In this document: positions 39,259 through 50,178 of the stretch, piece by piece
Position numbering within the stretch: the stretch's first letter is position 1
Layout of the letters: each line of letters starts with the position of its first letter
Assembly: GCA_012519815.1 (NCBI GenBank)
Contig: JAAYPM010000142.1
Span: 1 to 57,390, forward strand
Source: Bacteroidales bacterium
GTDB lineage: Bacteria; Bacteroidota; Bacteroidia; Bacteroidales; UBA1715
Direction: 5' to 3'
Length of the DNA: 57,390 nucleotides
Program-made: the position numbers and the translations under genes
Notes under the pieces: generated by a model
What the model was told of the DNA's origin: nothing
The model's database searches: none
What the model saw: only the letters and a program-made list of their open reading frames with translations

Positions 39259-40923
39259 TTATTTTTTATGAACACCCGAAATTCCATGCAAAATATCATA
39301 GTATAATTGCGGTGAATGGAGATATTGTTTTGCGGTAATAATAGATGAATCATGAGGTAAAAAGTAGGCGGTAGTGCCTTCTTCAAAGAATAGAAATTGC
39401 ATAATTTCTAAACTTAACATACGTGAAATTGCTTGTTTTTCATCTTTGAATAAATGTGCTTGTTGAGAAACTATGTTTGCTTGTAATTCTAAAATTTCTG
39501 ATTTTATTTTAAAATGTTCTTTTTGTGAAGATTCTTGTAGTTTATTAAGTAAATGCATTGTTTCTGAGTTATATACAAAATTGTTTGCATCACAAAAATT
39601 CACAAATGAATTGTAGAGAGTGTCTAAAAATTGAAATGTTTCTGCGGAAAATCGCATTGTGTCATCATACGAAAATGTATGTGCTATAAAATTTGTAAAT
39701 AGATATTTATTTTTCAGTTCTTTTTGAAATGCTGATATAGTATCACTTTCAACAATTATATCTGGAATTATGCCACCTTTTTCTTTTACGGGACGCTTGT
39801 TTTTTGTATAAAATATGTTTGCTGTTGAATCTAAAACAGTAGAATCGCGATTATGTTTTGAATAATCAATTTTTTGAATACATCTGCCACTTGGAATATA
39901 ATATTTTGAAACAGTTACTTTGAGCATGGCATCATGTGTTAATTCTTTTTGAGTTTGTACCAATCCTTTGCCAAATGTTTGCGAGCCAATAATAACCGCT
40001 CGGTCTAAATCTTGCAATGCTCCTGAAACAATTTCGGCTGCAGAGGCAGATTTTTCATTAATAAGCACCGCAATATTAGCAGTTGTATCAAGCGGATTTT
40101 CTTGCGTAAGAAAATCTTGAGAAGCAAGCGAATTTCGTCCGCGTGTATATACAATTCGTTGGTTTTTAGGAATAAAAATATTTGTTACTTGAATAGCTTC
40201 AAAAAGTAATCCTCCCGGATTGTCACGTAAATCAAGCACATATGACTTTGCACCTTGTTTTTGTAATGAACGTAGTGCGTTTTTTACATCTTGTGCACAA
40301 TTTTGTGTGAAACTGCGTAATTTAATATAGCCAATTGTAGAATCAATCATTCCAAAGTAGGGAATACTTTGAATAGTAATTTTTTCTCGTTGAATAGAAA
40401 ATGTAATAGGTTTTTTGTTTTTAGCACGAGCAACTCCCATATTTAGAGTAGTTCCCGGCTGTCCCTGTAATAACTCATGAATATCCTCATAACTTTTTCC
40501 CACCACCGACCGACCATCTATACTTATAATTTTATCACCTGGCAGTAAACCTGCTTTATGAGCAGGAGAGTTTTTTAATACCGTAGTAACAATCATAAGA
40601 GAATCTAAAGAGCCTATAACAGCACCCACGCCGCCATATTCACCACGAGTTGTAACTTTATATCGCTCAACATCAGCTTGCGGAATAAACGTAGTGTACG
40701 GGTCAAGTGAAGATAACATACCCGAAATGCCTATTTCTAACAATTCTTCGGGGTCTATATCTTCAATATAATTTTTGGTAACCTCGGTAAAAAGAGAATA
40801 AAAAATATCGAGACTTTTTGCCGTAGCAAAATTTTTATCGTCATCAAAATTCACAAAGAGAATAAATGCAGATACAAACACTGCAAATCCTCCTATTATA
40901 AATCGTATATTTTTTTTTGTCAT
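39259..40923 (-). CDS. ctpA: S41 carboxy-terminal processing protease
   Basis: LDPYT, PDZ domain, DLRDNPGGLL, SASAAEIVSG, TFGKGLVQ. Confidence 0.92.
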   Translation of the reverse strand: MTKKNIRFIIGGFAVFVSAFILFVNFDDDKNFATAKSLDIFYSLFTEVTKNYIEDIDPEELLEIGISGMLSSLDPYTTFIPQADVERYKVTTRGEYGGVGAVIGSLDSLMIVTTVLKNSPAHKAGLLPGDKIISIDGRSVVGKSYEDIHELLQGQPGTTLNMGVARAKNKKPITFSIQREKITIQSIPYFGMIDSTIGYIKLRSFTQNCAQDVKNALRSLQKQGAKSYVLDLRDNPGGLLFEAIQVTNIFIPKNQRIVYTRGRNSLASQDFLTQENPLDTTANIAVLINEKSASAAEIVSGALQDLDRAVIIGSQTFGKGLVQTQKELTHDAMLKVTVSKYYIPSGRCIQKIDYSKHNRDSTVLDSTANIFYTKNKRPVKEKGGIIPDIIVESDTISAFQKELKNKYLFTNFIAHTFSYDDTMRFSAETFQFLDTLYNSFVNFCDANNFVYNSETMHLLNKLQESSQKEHFKIKSEILELQANIVSQQAHLFKDEKQAISRMLSLEIMQFLFFEEGTTAYFLPHDSSIITAKQYLHSPQLYYDILHGISGVHKK

Positions 40924-40965
40924 GCTACTAAATTGTTAAAAATGAACGACTGCATAAGTTCTACT

Positions 40966-41184
40966 TTACGGTACAGGGTCGTGTCCGTGTCCTCCCCATG
41001 GATTGCAACGCAACAAACGTTTAACTAACAAATAACTGCCTTTAAAAATACCATATTTTTGTATAGCTTGTATGCCATATTCGGAACAAGTAGGATTGAA
41101 CCTACACGAATTTGGAAAAAATGGTGATAGTATTCGTTGATATAATCGAATAGGAATAATAAGTATGTAATTACATAGTTTCAC
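40966..41184 (-). CDS. yidD: Membrane protein insertion efficiency factor
   Basis: [19 protein letters not shown]. Confidence 0.95.
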   Translation of the reverse strand: MKLCNYILIIPIRLYQRILSPFFPNSCRFNPTCSEYGIQAIQKYGIFKGSYLLVKRLLRCNPWGGHGHDPVP

Positions 41185-41563
41185 GAGTGGGAATTATTTG
41201 ATAAAACGCCTGAGAAATGCTTGTTGCAATAGTTTTATATGATAGAACATGTTTATCAATATAAATAATAATGCATGTGAAAGAACTATTTTGCATACGT
41301 AAACGATGTTCCATATCAGGAAAACACATTCGTGCCGATTCGCGTATTCTTCGTTTTATAAGATTTCGCGTAACTGCATGTTTAAATCGTTTTTTTGAAA
41401 CGCTTATTGCTATTTTTATAGGAGATGTTTCATTACATTCATGATGTATCTGCCAAACTATTTTAAGAGGAGGTGCAAAATAGGTATTTCCCTGAGCAAA
41501 TAGCGTTTCAATTTCTTTTTTTGAACGCAATTTATAGGCTTTGGGAAAGCCATAATGTTTCAT
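41171..41563 (-). CDS. rnpA: Ribonuclease P protein component
   Basis: [22 protein letters not shown]. Confidence 0.93.
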   Translation of the reverse strand: MKHYGFPKAYKLRSKKEIETLFAQGNTYFAPPLKIVWQIHHECNETSPIKIAISVSKKRFKHAVTRNLIKRRIRESARMCFPDMEHRLRMQNSSFTCIIIYIDKHVLSYKTIATSISQAFYQIIPTRETM

Positions 41564-42309
41564 TATTTCTTATTAACAGATTTAATAAATTGCTCGAGTG
41601 CCATTGTCATAGAAGGTGCTTTTGGATTTGGAGCGGCTATATCTAATCGAAACCCTGCATTTTCAACAGCTTTTGCAGTTGTTTTGCCAAATGCACCAAT
41701 GTATATGTTATTTTGTTTAAAATCTGGAAAATTCTGTTTTAACGAAGCAATACCTGAAGGGCTAAAAAATATAAGAGCATCATAATCTATATTTTTAATA
41801 TCAGACAAATCGCTACTTACTGTTCTATATAAAATTGCTTTAGTATAAGAAAGTTTTGCAGCATCTAATTTATCAGGAATCTCTTGTTTGTGAATATCTG
41901 ATAATGGAACTAAAAATTTTTCGTTTGGAAAACGTTTTGCTATTTCAATAACATCTGAAAATGTGCCATTTGCACTAAAAATTTTTCGTTTTCTATATAC
42001 AATATATTTTTGAATATAAAATGCAGTTGCTTCTGATATACAGAAATATTTCATTGTGTCGGGTACTGTAACACGAACTTCTTTACAAATTCTAAAAAAA
42101 TTATCTATTGCTGTTCTGCTTGTAAACACAACCGCTGTGTGTTCAAGAATGTTAATTTTTTGATTACGAAAATCCCTCTCAGAAACTTCTTCTACATGAA
42201 TAAAAGGTCTAAAATCTATATGAATATTATTCTTTTTTGCAAGTTCAAAATAGGGTGATTTTTCAGTAGTCGGTTTTGGTTGCGACACCAAGATTCTTTT
42301 AATTTTCAT
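41563..42309 (-). CDS. hemD: Uroporphyrinogen-III synthase family protein
   Basis: ILVSQPKP, IDFRPFI, FFSPSGI; Bacteroidota DUF4271-hemD-rnpA-yidD synteny. Confidence 0.85.
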   Translation of the reverse strand: MKIKRILVSQPKPTTEKSPYFELAKKNNIHIDFRPFIHVEEVSERDFRNQKINILEHTAVVFTSRTAIDNFFRICKEVRVTVPDTMKYFCISEATAFYIQKYIVYRKRKIFSANGTFSDVIEIAKRFPNEKFLVPLSDIHKQEIPDKLDAAKLSYTKAILYRTVSSDLSDIKNIDYDALIFFSPSGIASLKQNFPDFKQNNIYIGAFGKTTAKAVENAGFRLDIAAPNPKAPSMTMALEQFIKSVNKK

Positions 42310-42329
42310 ACTTTTTGTTTAGTGCCTAA

Positions 42330-43364
42330 CTAATAAAATAATGCATTTAATACTATTCCCAATTTAATTACTAATGCTAATGGTAATACTTCGAGAGTGC
42401 AAAAATACAAAAACATATATAAAATTGAAACATTTTCGCTTTTACTTATTTGGAAACCTCGAAATATTCTCAACATATACATTCCTGCAAAGAGTGATAT
42501 TCCAGTAATTATCAGTGCATTATGAGCTGTTTCTGAAGACGCGATAAATGCAAGAGAAATTATAATTGGAAATAATAAAACGCCTGTAATTCTATTATAT
42601 AAATGAACATTTTGCATGTATTCATATGCAACATCATGTTTTAGAAATATAAATCCAATAAATTTTATGAAAATATCTTTTATGCCATAGATGCATAAAA
42701 CTGCTACGAATAGCCCAGTTGTGTATAATGTTGCTTCCCAGCCTATAAATTGAATGGAATGTGTATAGGTAAATGCTTGAAAAGCAAATAAGGCTGTATG
42801 CAAAGAAAAAACAAATGTTAACATTGATGAAAAACTATCGGAAAATTCTTTGTTTTGACGAAGAGATTTTAGTGCAAAATTGTAACTAATTGCCGAGCGG
42901 AACATGAACGAAAATTGCTTTTTATATATAATTCGTAACCAACTAATTATAGCAAATGAACATAATAAAATCCAAAATATCCAATTGTTTGAGGTGTCAT
43001 TCAGCGTGTTATAACGGATAATAATTGTTTTATCTGAAGGTTGCACAGATTCTGATTGTACTTTTGGTGCAGTTGGTGTCGAAAAAGTTGTAATTGAATC
43101 GGTTAAAGAAATAGAAGTTTGAATATCAACGAATGAAATCGAGTCATTATATGTTTCTATGACGTTTTTCTGCTCTTGCAGTGTGTCTAATGCGATATTA
43201 GAAGATTCAATTACAGTATGTTGTTGTAATGTATTTTGCGATGTATTATACGGTATATGTATATTTGATTCGTTTGTTTCAGCTGGTATTATGTTAAGCG
43301 GGTGCAATTCAGCAATTGTGTCTGCTTGAGAAAGAATTGCGTATGGTGTAATTTGTTGCTTCAC
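42330..43364 (-). CDS. DUF4271-family membrane protein
   Basis: Multiple TM helices ending FLYFCTLEVLP; position before hemD. Confidence 0.8.
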   Translation of the reverse strand: MKQQITPYAILSQADTIAELHPLNIIPAETNESNIHIPYNTSQNTLQQHTVIESSNIALDTLQEQKNVIETYNDSISFVDIQTSISLTDSITTFSTPTAPKVQSESVQPSDKTIIIRYNTLNDTSNNWIFWILLCSFAIISWLRIIYKKQFSFMFRSAISYNFALKSLRQNKEFSDSFSSMLTFVFSLHTALFAFQAFTYTHSIQFIGWEATLYTTGLFVAVLCIYGIKDIFIKFIGFIFLKHDVAYEYMQNVHLYNRITGVLLFPIIISLAFIASSETAHNALIITGISLFAGMYMLRIFRGFQISKSENVSILYMFLYFCTLEVLPLALVIKLGIVLNALFY

Positions 43365-43523
43365 AAAGTCAAATTTTTAGCAAAAGTACAATAGCTAAGA
43401 CGTTTTAAAATTATTCTAATCTTAATTTTATTAAATAGTTATTAACTCTATTTGTTTTTTTACATAAAGAGAAAATAAAGTATGTATTTGCTTTATTACA
43501 TATATATTACATCAATTTTATTT

Positions 43524-43561
43524 AAAAAAAAGCTTTGTATAACAACACAAAGCTTTTTTTT
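43524..43561 (-). terminator. Intrinsic terminator after cellobiose phosphorylase
   Basis: AAAAAAAAGCTTTGT-loop-ACAAAGCTTTTTTTT. Confidence 0.8.
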
Positions 43562-43578
43562 ATAAAATAAAATAGAAT

Positions 43579-46014
43579 TTATCCCATAATTACATCTACA
43601 GTATGAGTTTTTCCTGCTTCTAAAATTGGAATAATAGTACCCTGAATAGGTGAGCCATTCACAATTACTTGTTTTACTCCTTTACTTACATGATTAGGAT
43701 TTGTAACTGTAATGGCATACGTTGCACCACGGAATTGACGGCTCATAGAAAAACCATTCCAATCTTTTGGAATACAGGGGTCTATAGATATACCGTCATA
43801 ATCGGGTTTTACACCCAAAATATATTGTGTAATAGTATAAAAATTCCATGCTGCTGTACCCGAAAGCCATGAATTTTTAGCTTCTCCCGGTTTGTAAGCA
43901 TCTTTTCCTGCTATCATTTGACAATATACATATGGTTCAACTTTATGTAAATCAGATATTTCCTCTAAGAAACTTGGTGCTATTTTCGTAAAATACTCAT
44001 ATGCTCTATCACCACGTCCAAGTTTTGTTTCTGCAATCATAATCCATGGATTATTATGGCAAAAAACACCTGCATTTTCTTTATATCCAGCTGGATAAGT
44101 TGAAATTTCACCGTATTCTATATAATATTTTGTAAATGCTGGATTGTTGAGTACAATTCCGTATTCACAATCAAGGCGTTCTTTTACCGAATCAAGTGAT
44201 TTTTGAACCATGCCTTCTTCTAATCCTATTTCTGCCATTGAGCACCAGCCTTGTGATTCAATAAAGATTTTTCCTTCTTCATTTTCATTTGAACCAACTT
44301 TTCTTCCAAAATAATCATATGCTCGCAAGAACCATTCGCCGTCCCAACCATGTTTTTTAACAGCTTCAATCATATTATCAACATGAATTTGAGCAGCTTC
44401 AGCTTCATCATTTTTTCCGATTCGTTTACAAAGTGTAATGAATTCTTTTCCATACACTACAAATAAACCAGCAATCATAAGAGATTCGGCTGTTCTTCCT
44501 TTTTTATTTCCTGTCGTTTGGAATGATTCGTTTGGATCGTTTGAAAAGCAATTCAAATTTAAACAATCGTTCCAGTCTGCACGTCCAATGAGTGGTAAAT
44601 TATGCGGACCTAAATTGTTTACTACATGATAAAAAGAAGCTTTAAGGTGATCGAAATGTGATTTTGCTTTTGATTCATCATTATCAAAAGGAACCATTTC
44701 GTCTAACAAAGAAAAATCCCCTGTTTCTTTAATATATTCAGTTGTAGATAAAATCAACCATAAAGGGTCGTCATTAAAATCGCCCCCAATTGCAGCGTTA
44801 CCTTTTTTCGTAAGTGGTTGATATTGATGATAACAAGAGCCATCTTCAAATTGTGTAGATGCAATATCAAAAATTCGCTCTCGTGCTCTATCTGGTATTT
44901 GATGAACAAATCCTATTAAATCCTGATTGCTATCGCGGAATCCCATACCACGTCCAATACCCGATTCAAAAAACGATGCAGAACGCGACATATTAAATGT
45001 AACCATACATTGATATTGGTTCCAAATGTTTACCATTCTGTCAAGACGTTCGTCGTGTGTTGAAATTGTTATTTTTCCGAGAAGATTATCCCAAAATGCC
45101 CGTAATTCATTAAATGCAATTTGTACTTTTTCAACCGTATCAAATTTTGCAATCATTTCTTTTGCAGGTTTTTTGTTGATAATTTGCTTTTTTTCCCATT
45201 TATCTTCGGGGCTAACTTCAACATAACCAAGCATAAAAATAAAATCTTTTGATTCACCCGGTTGTAAATCAACTTCAATATAATGAGAAGCGATTGGAGA
45301 CCAACCGTGAGCTTCGGAATTACGAGGATTTCCTTCAAAAACAGCATCAGGTCTATCAAACCCGTTATATAAGCCTAAAAATGTTTCTCTATCAGTGTCG
45401 TATCCGTGTATTGGTGTGTTTACCGAATAAAATGCGTAGTGATTTCGGCGTTCTTTAAACTCTGTTTTATGATATAGTACCGAATCATCAATTTCTACTT
45501 CGCCCGTTGAAAAATTACGTTGAAAGTTAGTCATATCATCTTCGGCATTCCACAAACACCATTCAATAAACGAAAAGAATTTGAGTTTTTTAGGAGTTTT
45601 TCCTGTGTTTTTTAATGAAACTTGTAATAATTCGCCCCAAAAACCAAGAGGTATAAATTGTAAAATAGATGCCTCAACATTATTTTTAGATGCATTAAAT
45701 TTTGTATAACTCATACCGTGCCGACACTCATAAGAGTCAAGCTCGGTTTTTACAGGTTTCCAACCCGGCGACCATACCGTGTTTTCATCTTTAATATAAA
45801 AATATTTCCCTCCATCATCAATAGGAACATTGTTATATCTGTATCGTGTTAAACGTCTGAATTTTGCATCTTTATAGAACGTATATCCGCCACCTGTGTT
45901 TGAGGTAAGCGAGAAAAAATCTTCATTGCCAAGATAATTAATCCAAGGATATGGAGTTCGAGGATTTGTAATTACATATTCCCTGTTATCGTCATCAAAA
46001 AATCCGTATTTCAT
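43579..46014 (-). CDS. GH94 cellobiose phosphorylase
   Basis: [53 protein letters not shown]; 811 aa. Confidence 0.9.
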   Translation of the reverse strand: MKYGFFDDDNREYVITNPRTPYPWINYLGNEDFFSLTSNTGGGYTFYKDAKFRRLTRYRYNNVPIDDGGKYFYIKDENTVWSPGWKPVKTELDSYECRHGMSYTKFNASKNNVEASILQFIPLGFWGELLQVSLKNTGKTPKKLKFFSFIEWCLWNAEDDMTNFQRNFSTGEVEIDDSVLYHKTEFKERRNHYAFYSVNTPIHGYDTDRETFLGLYNGFDRPDAVFEGNPRNSEAHGWSPIASHYIEVDLQPGESKDFIFMLGYVEVSPEDKWEKKQIINKKPAKEMIAKFDTVEKVQIAFNELRAFWDNLLGKITISTHDERLDRMVNIWNQYQCMVTFNMSRSASFFESGIGRGMGFRDSNQDLIGFVHQIPDRARERIFDIASTQFEDGSCYHQYQPLTKKGNAAIGGDFNDDPLWLILSTTEYIKETGDFSLLDEMVPFDNDESKAKSHFDHLKASFYHVVNNLGPHNLPLIGRADWNDCLNLNCFSNDPNESFQTTGNKKGRTAESLMIAGLFVVYGKEFITLCKRIGKNDEAEAAQIHVDNMIEAVKKHGWDGEWFLRAYDYFGRKVGSNENEEGKIFIESQGWCSMAEIGLEEGMVQKSLDSVKERLDCEYGIVLNNPAFTKYYIEYGEISTYPAGYKENAGVFCHNNPWIMIAETKLGRGDRAYEYFTKIAPSFLEEISDLHKVEPYVYCQMIAGKDAYKPGEAKNSWLSGTAAWNFYTITQYILGVKPDYDGISIDPCIPKDWNGFSMSRQFRGATYAITVTNPNHVSKGVKQVIVNGSPIQGTIIPILEAGKTHTVDVIMG

Positions 46015-46059
46015 AATACATGAACAATTTAAAAGTTAGTATTTTCATTTAAAATCTGA

Positions 46060-46067
46060 CAAATATA
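46060..46067 (-). promoter_or_regulatory. -7 promoter element TATATTTG
   Basis: TAnnTTTG upstream of the GH94 gene. Confidence 0.5.
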
Positions 46068-46116
46068 CTATTTTTTGTTCGGCTACAGATGTTTAAAATA
46101 GAAAACAGAGTTTTTT

Positions 46117-46464
46117 TTATGATTTTATCATTATTAACATCATTTTCATGCGTTTTTTGGCATACACTGCATGAGGAATATTTGCTGGCATCACAATCAT
46201 TTCTCCTTTATTTACATTATATTCCTGAGAATCTATTGTTATATACGCCTCGCCTTCAACGATTTGAACAAGTGCGTCAAAAGGAGCGGTGTGCTCACTT
46301 AAAAATTGTCCATCATCAAACGCAAACAAAGTAACATTACCAGTATCTTTTTTACTCACAATTTTGCTTACGATTGAACCGTCTGCATATTGCACAGATT
46401 CTTGTAACGAAAATGGTTTTGCATGTTCAAAACCTATATTTTTTTTATCAATTGAGAAATTCAT
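46117..46464 (-). CDS. Cupin domain protein
   Basis: TLFAFD.GQ.LSEHTAPFDA, MPANIPHAV. Confidence 0.9.
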   Translation of the reverse strand: MNFSIDKKNIGFEHAKPFSLQESVQYADGSIVSKIVSKKDTGNVTLFAFDDGQFLSEHTAPFDALVQIVEGEAYITIDSQEYNVNKGEMIVMPANIPHAVYAKKRMKMMLIMIKS

Positions 46465-46498
46465 AATTATAATTTTAAGATATAGTATTTAAATAATG

Positions 46499-48151
46499 CT
46501 AATTATTTTCTATTAAATTTTTCATATCTTCATCAACAGTATCAATGCTTGCTATGCCAAATTTTTCTACAAGTATTTTTGTTATGTTTGGAGATAAAAA
46601 TGCTGGCAATGTTGGTCCTATATGAATGTTTTTAATGCCAAGTGATAATAATGCTAAAAAAACAATAATTGCTTTTTGTTCATACCATGCAATATTATAA
46701 ACAAGTGGTAATTCATTAACGTCATGTAAATTAAATATTTCTTTTAATTTAAGAGCAATTACCGCCAACGAATATGAGTCGTTGCATTGTCCAGCGTCAA
46801 GTACGCGAGGAATGCCGTTAATAGAACCTAATTCTAATTTATTGTAACGATATTTTGCGCAACCTGCTGTTAAAATAACAACATCTTGTGGCAGTTTTTT
46901 TGCAAATTCGGTATAATATTCGCGTGATTTCATACGTCCATCACATCCTGCCATTACTACAAACTTACGAATTGCACCGCTTTTTACGGCATCAACAATT
47001 GGATCGGCAAGTTGCATTACTTGATTATGTGCATATCCGCCAATTATTTCTCCAGATTCAATTTCTGTTGGTGCAGGAAGTGTTTTTGCATGAGCAATGA
47101 TTTGCGAAAAATCTTTTGCTTTTCCTTCAACTCTATCAGGAATATGAATGCAACCTTTAAATCCAGAAGCTCCAGTTGTGTACACACGATTTTTATATGT
47201 TTCGTTAGGTGGAACTAAACAATTTGTGGTGAATAAAATAGGACCGTTAAACGATTCAAATTCTTCTTTTTGTTTCCACCATGCGTTGCCGTAATTCCCT
47301 ACAAAATGTGAATATTTTTTAAATGCAGGATAATAATGAGCAGGCAGCATTTCGCTGTGTGTATATACGTCAACTCCAGTGCCTTCTGTTTGTATTAAAA
47401 GCTCCTCCATGTCTTTTAAATCATGACCACTTATAAGTATGGCAGGATTATTTTTTACACCTATATTTACTTTTGTAGCAACAGGATTTCCATAGGCAGA
47501 AGTGTTAGCATTATCAAGTAATTCCATTACTTCAACACCATATAAACCACATTCGTGTGTTAATGCAACTAATTCATCAACAGTAATGTCGGTACGCGTT
47601 GTTTCCGATAAAGCTTTATGCATAAATGCAAAGGAAGATTTCTTTCTTTTTCCTAAATTATGTGCATGTTCAACGTATGCTGCCATGCCTTTTACTCCAA
47701 ATAAAATAAGTGATTTAAGCGAACGAACATCTTCATTTTGCTCGTTCAAAATGCTTGCTAATAAACTATTAGCAATTATTTGCTCGTCTGTTGTTGATGT
47801 GAGTGTTGCTTCTTTTGGAAGGCTTTCTGGTATGTTGACAGTATGTGTTTCTAATATATTTTTGATTTGTTCGCGTACTTTTTGACCTTCTTTAATTTTT
47901 TCAATAATTATTGAGTCGTTAAAATTCGCATTTGTTATTGTCATAAATAATGCTTCAAACATAAAGGTATCAGCAAAATCACACGGTATGTTTTGCTGGT
48001 GTGCAATATGTGCAAAATACGAAACACCTTTTGATACAAAAATTAATAAATCTTGCAGATTTGAAACATCTTCGGTTTTACCGCATACACCTCTTACTGT
48101 ACATGCAACATTACGTACAGTTTCTTGACATTGGAAACAAAACATACTCAT
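46499..48151 (-). CDS. hcp: Hybrid cluster protein (hydroxylamine/NO reductase)
   Basis: MFCFQCQET...[41 protein letters not shown]. Confidence 0.98.
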   Translation of the reverse strand: MSMFCFQCQETVRNVACTVRGVCGKTEDVSNLQDLLIFVSKGVSYFAHIAHQQNIPCDFADTFMFEALFMTITNANFNDSIIIEKIKEGQKVREQIKNILETHTVNIPESLPKEATLTSTTDEQIIANSLLASILNEQNEDVRSLKSLILFGVKGMAAYVEHAHNLGKRKKSSFAFMHKALSETTRTDITVDELVALTHECGLYGVEVMELLDNANTSAYGNPVATKVNIGVKNNPAILISGHDLKDMEELLIQTEGTGVDVYTHSEMLPAHYYPAFKKYSHFVGNYGNAWWKQKEEFESFNGPILFTTNCLVPPNETYKNRVYTTGASGFKGCIHIPDRVEGKAKDFSQIIAHAKTLPAPTEIESGEIIGGYAHNQVMQLADPIVDAVKSGAIRKFVVMAGCDGRMKSREYYTEFAKKLPQDVVILTAGCAKYRYNKLELGSINGIPRVLDAGQCNDSYSLAVIALKLKEIFNLHDVNELPLVYNIAWYEQKAIIVFLALLSLGIKNIHIGPTLPAFLSPNITKILVEKFGIASIDTVDEDMKNLIENN

Positions 48152-48164
48152 AGCTTTACTTTTT

Positions 48165-48347
48165 TTATGAAATAATCTTAATAACTCCTACCGGACATTC
48201 GTCCACGGCACGTTGTACATCATCTATATTACTATCTACATCAGCATCTGGTTTAACCTCTGCTAAATCTATCATTTCAAACACGTCTGGACATATTTCT
48301 TCACAAAGTCCACATGCTATACAGCCTTCTTCAATAATTGCTTTCAT
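48165..48347 (-). CDS. Single-cluster ferredoxin
   Basis: CIACGLC...CP...CP; 60 aa, acidic. Confidence 0.92.
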   Translation of the reverse strand: MKAIIEEGCIACGLCEEICPDVFEMIDLAEVKPDADVDSNIDDVQRAVDECPVGVIKIIS

Positions 48348-48387
48348 ATTTTATTTTTTTAATGAGGGATAAATTTACATAAAATTA

Positions 48388-49296
48388 TTAAGAACTACTT
48401 GTTTCAATCCATTTTTCATCAATTATATTTCCTTTAATTCCAATTACAATTAAATGTATAGGAATTTTTTTTTGTGCTTGTGCTACTGCTTTTCGAACTA
48501 TTTGCAGTAATCCTTTACAACACGGAACCTCCATAATCATTGCTGTAAGGGTGTGTATGTTTGCATAATCTATTATTTCTGTGAGCTTATGTATATATAC
48601 ATCTATATTGCTATCGAGTTTTGGACAGGCAATTGCTAAGCTTTTACCTTTTAAATAGGTATCATGAAAATTTCCTAAAGAAAATGCCACACAATCGGCA
48701 GCAATGAGTATATCTGCATTTTGAAAATGCTGTGCTTGCGGATTTATTAAATGTAACTGAATAGGCCAGTGACGCAATTGTGATTGTCCGCTTGTTTGAT
48801 TTATGTGAGGTATATTTACAGACATTTTTTCAGCTGCAAACTGTATAGATTCATTGTTTACACAATTATTTTTTACAAGATTAGTTGCGGGTGTGTTTTT
48901 TTTATAGTTATGTATTGATTGAATGACTTCATACGCATCAAATAAAAGATTTTTAGCATGTTTTTTCAGATATTGAATACCTTCTTGCATAAACGCAATT
49001 TCGTCATGGTCTTTTAAATGTTGTAAATGTGCAATTACCGTATTTTTGCCTTTTTCCACCATTATTTCCATTACCTTTGTTTCGTTATATGGCTCTGTTT
49101 CACGTTTTTCAATAGAAATTGCTCCCATAGGACAATATCCAATACATGCTCCTAATCCGTCACATAATAAATCATTGATTAAACGAGCCTTACCATCTAT
49201 TATTTGTAATGCACCTTCGTGGCAATTAGGAATACAATCTCCGCATCCATTACATATATCTTCATCAATCTTTACTATTTCTCGTATCATTTTCAT
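48388..49296 (-). CDS. 4Fe-4S dicluster protein of the hcp-associated oxidoreductase type
   Basis: CNGCGDCIPNC, CDGLGACIGYCP, WPIQL, AADC, CPKLD, MEVPCC. Confidence 0.9.
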   Translation of the reverse strand: MKMIREIVKIDEDICNGCGDCIPNCHEGALQIIDGKARLINDLLCDGLGACIGYCPMGAISIEKRETEPYNETKVMEIMVEKGKNTVIAHLQHLKDHDEIAFMQEGIQYLKKHAKNLLFDAYEVIQSIHNYKKNTPATNLVKNNCVNNESIQFAAEKMSVNIPHINQTSGQSQLRHWPIQLHLINPQAQHFQNADILIAADCVAFSLGNFHDTYLKGKSLAIACPKLDSNIDVYIHKLTEIIDYANIHTLTAMIMEVPCCKGLLQIVRKAVAQAQKKIPIHLIVIGIKGNIIDEKWIETSSS

Positions 49297-49341
49297 TATT
49301 TTCGTAATTCCCCAAACTTATAATGATAAAAAATGTATTTT

Positions 49342-49357
49342 TGTAACATATGTTACA
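49342..49357. promoter_or_regulatory. HcpR-type operator TGTAACATATGTTACA
   Basis: Perfect 16-bp palindrome between the divergent hcp operon and Crp/Fnr gene; fits GTAAC-N4-GTTAC. Confidence 0.85.
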
Positions 49358-49385
49358 TTTGTGTGTTTTTCAATAATTATTACTA

Positions 49386-50099
49386 ATGAATTTTCAATCA
49401 TATTCTTTAATAGAACCTTGTAATTCGCAATGTAGTTTTTGTTTTTTACAATTTACTGATGTGTTATGTGCAGAAAATTTATTTTTAGGTGTTTCAAAAT
49501 CTGAAATAGGTGAAATAATTAAAACAGTACACCATCAGGTACGAAGTTTTTCGCGAGGAGATATTTTAATGCATGAACATGATGATTATACATCTTTGCT
49601 ATTTCTTTTGCACGGAAAAGTTTCGACACAAATAATGGGAGTTGAAGGACAAATTCTTATAATGGAGCAATTACATGCTCCTGCAACATTAGTTCCGGCA
49701 GCACTATTTGCGTCCGAAAATAAAGTTTTTGTAACAATAGTTGCCGATGAAGATTGTAAAGTTTTAATTCTTCCGCGTGAATCAATGCTTCAAATTATTG
49801 CCAAAGATGAACGAATAATGGAAAATTTTCTTAAAATTCTTTCGAATCGAGTTCAATTTTTAACAAAAAAGTTAAAATTAATGTGTTTTGAAAATCTCCG
49901 AACAAAATTTTTAAAACATATATTAGAACTAAAAGACATACAAAAAAGCTCAACTATTACGCTTCAGCATACACAACAAGAACTTTCTGAGATTTTTGGA
50001 GTTGCTCGTCCTTCACTTACAAGAGTAATTCGCGAATTGCACAACGAAGGTCTTATTCATGCAAAAGGAAAAACTATTACCATTTTAGATGTGAAATAA
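49386..50099 (+). CDS. hcpR: Crp/Fnr-family regulator, HcpR-like
   Basis: cNMP-like domain, HTH FGVARPSLTR; divergent from the hcp operon. Confidence 0.85.
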   Translation: MNFQSYSLIEPCNSQCSFCFLQFTDVLCAENLFLGVSKSEIGEIIKTVHHQVRSFSRGDILMHEHDDYTSLLFLLHGKVSTQIMGVEGQILIMEQLHAPATLVPAALFASENKVFVTIVADEDCKVLILPRESMLQIIAKDERIMENFLKILSNRVQFLTKKLKLMCFENLRTKFLKHILELKDIQKSSTITLQHTQQELSEIFGVARPSLTRVIRELHNEGLIHAKGKTITILDVK

Positions 50100-50178
50100 C
50101 AGAATAAACCATTTATTTAAAATGGAACACACAAAATAGGGGAGTAATGCGTATTAATTTTCGAAGAAAATAAATTTT

